A stretch of 61,756 nt of DNA from a virus (Duplodnaviria > Caudoviricetes). The stretch is from IMG/VR virus record IMGVR_UViG_3300048854_000277, positions 1 through 61,756 of that record; one strand, 5' to 3'. This document shows positions 54,899 through 61,756 of the stretch, piece by piece. Position numbers and translations under genes: made by a program. How positions within the stretch are numbered: position 1 is the first letter of the stretch; each line of letters starts with the position of its first letter. The notes under the pieces are model-generated. The model did no database searches. It worked only from the letters and a program-made list of their open reading frames with translations, and had not been told where the DNA came from.

Positions 54899-56752
54899 AT
54901 GGCAACGGGCGAAGGCGTACGACTTCCAGCATTTCCGGATGCAACCGGGTTCTCGGATGCCGACTTTTTATTCATGACGCAAGATGGGGCCACCGTAAAG
55001 GGAACGATTGCGCAGTTGCGCACGGCCCTCGCGACCAATGCGCTTATCGAGACTTTCGCGGCAGGACCAACTTTCACGGCTTTGATTTCCGGAAACACGT
55101 TGACCGTGAGCGCTTTCGGTGCTGGCGCGCCGTTGGCGATCGGGCAGACATTGTTCGGTGCCGGCGTTACGGGGTCGCCGACGATCACCGCTCTCGGCAC
55201 GGGAACTGGGGGCGCGGGTACTTACACGCTTAGCGCGTCTCTCGGAACCGTCGCAAGCGAGGCAATGGGAGCAGCGAGCTCGACTCAGTTCGCCCCTGGA
55301 TTCAGCACGTCAATAACCGTCGTCAACACGTACGGCTCGATGGCCAACATCGGATTGTTCTTTGACGATGGGCGTCAATTTGATTGCACGCTTTCCGGCC
55401 AGGTCGTCGGGTTCAACCCGAAGGTGCCGTCTGGTGTTCAGAATGTCTATGTCACCGGGCGCGCAGCCATCCCAATCGGCACGCCGGCAAGTGGAAGCGT
55501 TGTCGATGCGACGGTTGCTTCCGGCGCTGCGATCAACGCAGCCAAGCTGTCCTACATCTCGCCGCTGCCCAATACGGTCCCGCGCACGGTCGCCTCAAAG
55601 GAGGCCGACTTCATCAATGCCCGAGAGTTCGGCGTGAAGGCTAACGGTTCGGATGACTCCGCGGCGATGAACTTAGCGCTGAATACCGTGGCGAATCTCA
55701 ACGGGACTCTCTGCTTGCCGCAAGGGACCATCCTTGCAAGCAATTTGTCGGTGAACCAGACGAACCACTTCATCACCCTTCGCGGTGCGGGCATGTTCGC
55801 TACTACGCTCGTGACGAATTCCGCCGCAGGGGATTTTCTCACGTTCCAGACGGCCGGATATGAGTTGAAGGACTTGCAGCTTTCAGCGAACGTAACGAGA
55901 GTCTCCGGTGCACACTTCGTCACGTCCTCCAACCAAGGTTTGATCAATAACATCGGGATCAATGCGGCTCTCACCGGGATCATCATGCAGGATGGTTTCT
56001 GCTCTATGCGGAAACTGACCTTCACGGGTCCGGTAAACGGCACTATCAGCATGATCATTAATGGCGCCGGTGCCGGCATGGTCATCGATGATATGACTTG
56101 TTACACGGGTGTGACGGGCACAGCCGCCGCCGGTATCAAGGTCGTTGCCGCGGGTTCGGTGCAGATCAGCAATTCGAACATCGTCGGGCAGGGCTTTGAC
56201 CTCTGGATTGCTCCGGGAACCGGCCAGGGTGTAGCGTCCATCTACGCCCTCAATACCTTCTTCGATACCGCTACTGCGGGTGTCGTCATCGCTCCGACCG
56301 GAACTGGTTTCGTTGACCGTTGTCGCTTCGATTCCTGCTGGATGTGCTCGCACGCGACCGCTGGGACCCTCATCCAGAATACCGGGACGGGAACAATCGG
56401 CGGCATTCATTTCGTTGATTGCGAGATGTCTTTCTGCGTTACCGGAAGTGGATTTATTGTCACGCCACAGACTGGGCCGCTGCCTACCGATGTGACCATT
56501 CTTGGCGGGATTTACTCTGGCAACGTTAATGGCATCGATCTCCCCGCGGGTATGTCGGATTTCACGATTATGGGCGTCACCGCAGGGGTGGGCGGGGATG
56601 GCCCGGCTAATTCCGGAATCGGCATTTTCCTGGCTCCCGGTGCATCCGATCACTACATCATCAGCAACAACCGGGTTAGAGGAAATGGTCTCGCCAATGT
56701 CTCTGACGGCGGCACCGGCACGAACAAATCTGTCACGGGCAACATTTCCTAA
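54899..56752 (+). CDS. Tailspike / polysaccharide depolymerase (parallel beta-helix)
   Basis: RTV.SK..D.IN.REFGVK.NG.DDSAA, then pectate-lyase-like coils; N-terminal anchor motif. Confidence 0.8.
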   Translation: MATGEGVRLPAFPDATGFSDADFLFMTQDGATVKGTIAQLRTALATNALIETFAAGPTFTALISGNTLTVSAFGAGAPLAIGQTLFGAGVTGSPTITALGTGTGGAGTYTLSASLGTVASEAMGAASSTQFAPGFSTSITVVNTYGSMANIGLFFDDGRQFDCTLSGQVVGFNPKVPSGVQNVYVTGRAAIPIGTPASGSVVDATVASGAAINAAKLSYISPLPNTVPRTVASKEADFINAREFGVKANGSDDSAAMNLALNTVANLNGTLCLPQGTILASNLSVNQTNHFITLRGAGMFATTLVTNSAAGDFLTFQTAGYELKDLQLSANVTRVSGAHFVTSSNQGLINNIGINAALTGIIMQDGFCSMRKLTFTGPVNGTISMIINGAGAGMVIDDMTCYTGVTGTAAAGIKVVAAGSVQISNSNIVGQGFDLWIAPGTGQGVASIYALNTFFDTATAGVVIAPTGTGFVDRCRFDSCWMCSHATAGTLIQNTGTGTIGGIHFVDCEMSFCVTGSGFIVTPQTGPLPTDVTILGGIYSGNVNGIDLPAGMSDFTIMGVTAGVGGDGPANSGIGIFLAPGASDHYIISNNRVRGNGLANVSDGGTGTNKSVTGNIS

Positions 56753-56761
56753 AGAGCCGAT

Positions 56762-57721
56762 ATGAAAACGAAAAACATCCTGATCGCTGCCGCCCTGGCG
56801 CTGCATTCCTTCGCGTCTTTCGGCACGACACCGAGTCCGGTTTCCCTGCTCAATACCGCAGGATCAACAGCCGGGCAGGCCATTCTATCGAGCGGCCCGA
56901 CGAGCACGGCTGCCTGGGCATCGATCGTCGATTCCGTTATTGCAGGGTCTGGCATTGCCGTAAGCGCCGCTACGGGCAACGCGACGGTATCGGTGGCGAC
57001 GAATGGCGTGGCGCTGGGTCAGCTTGCGCAGCAGGCGGCAAACACGGTGCTCGCTAACGCCACGGGCTCGACAGCCAACGTGACCGCGTTCTCGATGCCG
57101 ACCTGTAGCACATCGGTGAGTGCGTTGAATTGGACGTCAGGAACCGGCTTTACCTGCAATGCAGCAGTGAACGCAGCGACGCTTGCGGGCGCGACATTCG
57201 CATCGCCGCCGGTCGCAGGTTACGGGAGTGCTACACCAGAGCCTGTTGCGGCGACGACGATCAGTGCCACGGGGCTGATCTCACCAGCATCGACAATCGG
57301 CATTAAGGGCACAGCGACAAACGATAGTGCTCAGGTCGGGAGCCTCGGAGAATTCCCGACGCCAACAAACTTGACGGGCGTTTCCCTTACTGTTTTCGTG
57401 GTCGCTAACACGTCAAGCGTTTCACTCACGGCGGGGAATTGGATCATGCAATGCGGCACCGCGTTCGCGCCGACAGGAAGCACTGTAGTTCAATCGCTGA
57501 CGGTTGGAATAAGCCCAACGTCTGCCACACTCGGCTCGGCCGGTACATTTACCACCGCTCCAGGCAACCCGACAGCCGGCTCCGGAAACCCTGTGATTTG
57601 GTCTCCGCTGGTTGATATTAAGCTAGCGTCCACAACCACGGAGTTTTGCGTGGCGAGCTCTAACTTCTCCGCCAGCACAATGACGGCCGGGGGCTTTATC
57701 CGCGCCTGGCGCTTGCGTTAA
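56762..57721 (+). CDS. Thr/Ser/Ala-rich fibre-like protein with a Sec signal peptide
   Basis: MKTKNILIAAALALHSFASFG; GT.TND.A..G..GE and LT.G.W...I.A.R.R C-terminal domain. Confidence 0.7.
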   Translation: MKTKNILIAAALALHSFASFGTTPSPVSLLNTAGSTAGQAILSSGPTSTAAWASIVDSVIAGSGIAVSAATGNATVSVATNGVALGQLAQQAANTVLANATGSTANVTAFSMPTCSTSVSALNWTSGTGFTCNAAVNAATLAGATFASPPVAGYGSATPEPVAATTISATGLISPASTIGIKGTATNDSAQVGSLGEFPTPTNLTGVSLTVFVVANTSSVSLTAGNWIMQCGTAFAPTGSTVVQSLTVGISPTSATLGSAGTFTTAPGNPTAGSGNPVIWSPLVDIKLASTTTEFCVASSNFSASTMTAGGFIRAWRLR

Positions 57722-57897
57722 ACGGGCTTGTGAATCGTTACGCCCACGTCCCACGGGTTAGCGCGGTGATACCCGGTAGGCGTGGGCGTCACTGCGCGCC
57801 ACGCTTCCATAGTATCCGCTTCCGATGCGTAGATCATGCCTGCTTTGCGCTGCGCCGTAATCCAGTTAAAAAACGCTTCTTTCTCGATATCAGTCAT
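57718..57897 (-). CDS. Small hypothetical protein, 59 aa (MTDIEKEAFFNW...)
   Basis: Read manually; RBS GAGAGG. Confidence 0.45.
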   Translation of the reverse strand: MTDIEKEAFFNWITAQRKAGMIYASEADTMEAWRAVTPTPTGYHRANPWDVGVTIHKPV

Positions 57898-57926
57898 GCG
57901 GTCCTCTCGCAGAGTTAAACGGATCG

Positions 57927-58877
57927 TCAGATTCCCAATTCATCGGGCGTCATGTTGGTCAGGTAGTAGTCTGGAAAAATGGAATGGATTTGCCGAAGGC
58001 CAAGCCGGTTGACTTCGGCGAATACTCGTTCATGCTGCTGCTCGAAGACTTCGATTTGCATGACAACCTTGTTGGTGGCGACCGTCTGTTTCATGCCGCG
58101 CAACACGGATTCCTCATGACCTTCGACATCGACCTTCATCAATAGATGGCCGCCTGACGTTGTGACCACTGAATCGATCGTGATCGCGTCGACCTCGTAG
58201 GTCGGCCATTCACTGTTGTCAGCCAGTACGCCGACGCCGGCGCGATTCTTATTCGGATGGGAGCGGCTATCCCAAAACTGAAGCTTGCCAGGCTTATCCG
58301 AAAGGGCCTTATTGAAAGTCGTAATTGAATGGGTGGCATCGTTCAGAAACAGGTTTGCCTGCAACTGAGCGAAGTTGTGGCGGTCGGCGTCGAATGCGTA
58401 CATCTTTTCAAAAACGCCCGCCCGTAAGGTGAGGAGCGAATACAGGCCCCAGTACGATCCGATATCGAGAAACATCGTGCCGGACTTCCCACGGAAGCGC
58501 TCTACCAGTCCGGCGAAATAGGCGAGCTGCTCGGGCTCCCACGTGTTCGTTTCAATAACGGTTTTGTCCACAATCGAGGTTTCATCAAGCAGCAGGCTGA
58601 ATCCCATTCGATCGAACAGGTCGGTTGGCTTTGACGTTGGCTGGATGATGATTGGCTCTGGAATTTCGGGCGGCTTCAGTGCTAAAACAGCATCTTTAAT
58701 ATCGCTAAGCAATTTCTCAGTGCCCTGAAGATCCGGGGCCGCATTCTTGATCTCGACGAGTACTCGTCGGTTTTCATGAAGGGCATCGGGCACCAGTGAT
58801 ATATTATTGCTTATGTTGAGCAACGCGGAATACGCACGAATAAGTTGCCGAAAAGGGGAAATGTCAGCTACGGCCAT
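57927..58877 (-). CDS. FkbM-family SAM methyltransferase
   Basis: WEPE, FLDIGSYWGLYSL, N..LN, KVDVEGHE..VL.GM. Confidence 0.9.
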   Translation of the reverse strand: MAVADISPFRQLIRAYSALLNISNNISLVPDALHENRRVLVEIKNAAPDLQGTEKLLSDIKDAVLALKPPEIPEPIIIQPTSKPTDLFDRMGFSLLLDETSIVDKTVIETNTWEPEQLAYFAGLVERFRGKSGTMFLDIGSYWGLYSLLTLRAGVFEKMYAFDADRHNFAQLQANLFLNDATHSITTFNKALSDKPGKLQFWDSRSHPNKNRAGVGVLADNSEWPTYEVDAITIDSVVTTSGGHLLMKVDVEGHEESVLRGMKQTVATNKVVMQIEVFEQQHERVFAEVNRLGLRQIHSIFPDYYLTNMTPDELGI

Positions 58878-58932
58878 AGGTCTCTCGAATAGCTTTGATG
58901 GTGGCAGGAATCTATCTATGAGAGCCGATTGA

Positions 58933-60036
58933 TCATGCTGATTTGATTTTGATGGCCTGAGCTTTCTCCGCGAGTTCAGGAGATTCTCTCCGCCAGAGTT
59001 CAAGCAAACCCTCTGTATGCGCGTCATGATCTCTCGATCGGGTTACGGCGTCTACGCGGAAACGCTCTAGAATCTCCGCTTCGGTCAGTGCTCGGACCGC
59101 ATACGGAAGCTTCGAAAGATCGCTCACCTTCTCTTCAGGAACAGCCAAATAGTCTGATACATGGCCTTCTTGGGAATCTCCAAGAGCCTTAGGCGCGAGC
59201 ACATTGCCCATTACTATGAACAGGTGATAGCCCATTTCGGAAATTATGCGCTTCGCAGCGCGCGAGTTTCCTTCGTCGGTCGCATCACCTTGTTTTTCGA
59301 TCGACTCGAACAGGATGATCGGGCGGTGTTTCTTGATGAATTCAGTCGAGCCCGCAAAGACAACATGCTCGTGCCGCTCGACGTCGATTTTCATGACGAC
59401 CGGCGACGGCAATTCCGCCGCTAGTTCGACTTCGTACATGATGGAATCGACGCGTTGACAGAGAACTTCCTTGCCGCCCGGTTCGTCGCTTATATGCCCC
59501 CATGCCGCATCACCGTGGAAGCGGAGAAACCCGTCGAAGTCACTAACAGCCGTTTGAACAAGCTTCATGTTCGGCAGGTGGTTCTCGCGGATCGCATGGT
59601 TTAGACGCAAGCAATTCGTTGGGTTCATTTCGATGGCGACAACCTGACTGCCTGTAATCGCGATCGGCACCGAGACCCATCCCAAGGCTGCTCCCAGGTC
59701 GATCAGCGTACCTTTACCTTGCAACAGGCTGTAGCACATCTCGCCGATGTCCGATGTCTGTCCAACGTGAGCGACCCACTTCTCATACTCGTCCAGCGCA
59801 CGACCTACGAAAAGCGTGTAAGCATCTTTCCCAGTGTGATCGCGCATGCGGAGCGGCGCCAACATGGCCGGTAGCTTTGGCATGGGCAGCATCGATGCGA
59901 CTTGGGTGTCTGGATCCCGGATGGTAACGCCCACATCCGATTCCTTCGCGCGGAAATACCCGGTTTCTTCCACGGGATGGCGCACGTAATGCTCCCGCGC
60001 AACCTGCTCAGCAAATCCTTCGTTTTTGTCGTCCAT
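58933..60036 (-). CDS. FkbM-family SAM methyltransferase
   Basis: IDLGA.LG, VVAIE.NP.N, KIDVE.HE, RP.I.FE; RBS GAGGG. Confidence 0.88.
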   Translation of the reverse strand: MDDKNEGFAEQVAREHYVRHPVEETGYFRAKESDVGVTIRDPDTQVASMLPMPKLPAMLAPLRMRDHTGKDAYTLFVGRALDEYEKWVAHVGQTSDIGEMCYSLLQGKGTLIDLGAALGWVSVPIAITGSQVVAIEMNPTNCLRLNHAIRENHLPNMKLVQTAVSDFDGFLRFHGDAAWGHISDEPGGKEVLCQRVDSIMYEVELAAELPSPVVMKIDVERHEHVVFAGSTEFIKKHRPIILFESIEKQGDATDEGNSRAAKRIISEMGYHLFIVMGNVLAPKALGDSQEGHVSDYLAVPEEKVSDLSKLPYAVRALTEAEILERFRVDAVTRSRDHDAHTEGLLELWRRESPELAEKAQAIKIKSA

Positions 60037-60390
60037 GTTTCCCTCGCATGTTTTTATTGGCTGCCAGTGTAGCGCAAAGCCGCAGATCGGCTCTGGCGGC
60101 ACTATCTCACCGATCTTTCGGCACCATCATCTCTTCCTCCTTCCCCTTTAGTCTCTCCACCGAGGAGATCGATAAGGTGACTGCCTTGCAAATGTATGTA
60201 AAGGCGCTACAGGATCAAGGTTACATCTCGAAATAACGGTCATTCGTACGCAGTCGTGTTCGCGCGGGAGCACCTTGGAACGACGTGCCACACCCAATTA
60301 TCGGAGCGATTAACAACTAGAAATGTTTGCCTACAAGCCTTACTATGTGGCTACAAAAGTTAAACAGTCACTTATTAAGGCGGTGAGGCC

Positions 60391-61203
60391 ATGGTAAGCC
60401 GGGTTTCCTACGTATGCATTTCGCTCGCGGGGGCGACTGAGCGGCGCACTTTGATGACGCGGCAATTCACGGAACACAGTCTCGATGTCCAGTTTTTCAA
60501 TGGGATCGAAGTGCTTGATCCAGCGTTCGATGTCTCGACCGCCGAGCTCGCAGCGCGCATGCGTCGTTATGGGCGACCACTTTCGAACGGTGAGATTGGT
60601 TGCTATTTGAGTCACCGCGAGGTATGGAAACAACTCGTTAAATCCCGCGATGATGCATGCTGCGTCATGGAAGACGACATCGCGCTTCACAGCGGGTTTC
60701 GTGTTGCAGTCAACGAACTCATAGCGCATCGGGAGCATTGGGATGTGGTCCGACTGATGGGGCTCAACAGGCGCGAGCGAATTCCATCAGCGGATCTTCC
60801 AAGCGGGATGCAACTCATGTGGATGGATCGACAACCGGTGGGAACTCAGTGCTATGTCATATCGCGCGAGGGTGCGGCCGCGCTTCTCAAGCATACGAAC
60901 AGCATCGTTCATGCAATTGATACGGCGATAGACCGGCATTGGGAGCACAGACTTCGGCTATTCGTTACGGAGCCGGAGTTTGTAAGCACGGTCGATATGG
61001 GCTCAACCGTTGGAAGTCGCCCGGGAGCTACGACCTTATCGATGTTCGTGAAGGAGAAGCTCCACCGCCGCCTCGATAAGTTCACCGCCGCGAGATACAA
61101 CTCGAAGCATCGCCCGAGACGGTCAATCGTAATCGGGGCCGAACAGGACGTGCCCGAAACAGCATTCGGGTTTTCGCGATCAGATACGCCGGAGCGAGCA
61201 TGA
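60391..61203 (+). CDS. Glycosyltransferase family 25 (LPS/LOS biosynthesis)
   Basis: ISL...ERR, GEIGCYLSH..VW, EDD, GT.CY.ISR.GA..LL, ID. Confidence 0.92.
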   Translation: MVSRVSYVCISLAGATERRTLMTRQFTEHSLDVQFFNGIEVLDPAFDVSTAELAARMRRYGRPLSNGEIGCYLSHREVWKQLVKSRDDACCVMEDDIALHSGFRVAVNELIAHREHWDVVRLMGLNRRERIPSADLPSGMQLMWMDRQPVGTQCYVISREGAAALLKHTNSIVHAIDTAIDRHWEHRLRLFVTEPEFVSTVDMGSTVGSRPGATTLSMFVKEKLHRRLDKFTAARYNSKHRPRRSIVIGAEQDVPETAFGFSRSDTPERA

Positions 61204-61490
61204 GCGACGAGATGCGCGAAGCCAAGATCGCCATCACAAACGATGTCGGCGTCGTCGGTTGGGCTGCAGTTAGCCTAATCATGATGCTCGCGCTATGCGT
61301 GTTGATTGGCCCGAAGGCAATTGGCATTGCGGCGGTGATCGGTCTTGCCGTGTTTTGGAAACTCAACTTTAGCAAGCGCCGGCTTTCTAAGCGATTTTGG
61401 TGGTATTGCTGGTTCGTCATACTCGTTCTAGACGTCGGGCTAGCCCTATATGAGACACAGCTCGCGCTTTTCGGCTTTGGGCAGAGCTGA
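61200..61490 (+). CDS. Small membrane protein (about 3 TM)
   Basis: ATGA coupling to the GT25 gene; hydrophobic. Confidence 0.6.
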   Translation: MSDEMREAKIAITNDVGVVGWAAVSLIMMLALCVLIGPKAIGIAAVIGLAVFWKLNFSKRRLSKRFWWYCWFVILVLDVGLALYETQLALFGFGQS

Positions 61491-61640
61491 GACCCGCTCC
61501 CATCGCTGTGTACCAAACAAGCTCACCTGCTGCTCGCCTTCTTTTTACGACACGGCCTATCAAGCGGGGGGATGCGCTACCGGGTGCTCCGTCGCAGGAC
61601 GATGGGGCCGACGGCTAGCGAGTAAGGACATCCGCATCGG

Positions 61641-61754
61641 TCAATGTCCGTGGCCGCCACCATGTCCGCCGCCGTGACCTCCCTGTCCACCATCTCGGCC
61701 GAACCGAGCATCAGCTTCAGTCCGAACCGTGAGTACCGAGCAATCGTATTTTCC
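61641..61754 (-). CDS. 3' end of a gene entering from outside the window, with a Gly/His-rich tail
   Basis: Frame open to the window edge, ending ...DGGQGGHGGGHGGGHGH*. Confidence 0.35.
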   Translation of the reverse strand, partial: GKYDCSVLTVRTEADARFGRDGGQGGHGGGHGGGHGH

Positions 61755-61756
61755 AT

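Larger units (their letters stand above)
1..61756. mobile_element. Temperate prophage with lambdoid regulation, lambda-like head and Mu-like contractile tail; boundaries not resolved
   Basis: Complete int-xis, immunity, replication, packaging, head, tail and lysis modules in canonical order; att sites not visible. Confidence 0.97.

Noticed and set aside
1-61756. attL/attR direct repeats
   Set aside because: The window starts at the int stop codon and no repeat shared by both ends was seen; att sites are probably outside
61577-61756. 59-aa minus-strand ORF starting at the last base (MENTIARYSR...)
   Set aside because: No motif and no visible RBS; the overlapping Gly/His-rich frame is at least as plausible

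Overview
The window is almost entirely one temperate prophage of about 61.7 kb. Its high GC content and gene families suggest a Burkholderiaceae host (inference). It begins at the integrase stop codon, so no att sites are visible. The gene order is lambdoid. It runs: int-xis; a leftward early operon (DUF1643, Lar-type Zn modules, PAPS-reductase-like protein, DNA methyltransferase, ASCH-like protein, DUF2303, Imm); PL; a three-gene toxin/HTH/third-gene insert at the lambda rex position; a double-HTH CI repressor and Cro with TAGGC-N3-GCCTA operators; CII-like, Rha-KilAC and O-type replication genes with iterons; a long nin-like region containing a Mom-like GNAT and a second tyrosine recombinase; a PR'-like late promoter; an Acb2 anti-CBASS sponge; cos-like DNA and terminase; a lambda-type head with a GIY-YIG homing endonuclease; a Mu-type contractile tail; an unusual lysis block (holin, GH19 endolysin, HNH-like protein, two lipoproteins, class-3 lipase, papain-like protease); a beta-helix tailspike; a signal-peptide fibre-like protein; and a right-end surface-glycan modification moron (two FkbM methyltransferases and a GT25). 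The most striking unexplained structure is at 2.9-6.0 kb, where genes share 20-40 bp near-identical linker repeats in the same order around unrelated, frame-preserving modules, resembling a domain-shuffling cassette array. Family calls come from motif recognition by eye; no database searches were run.
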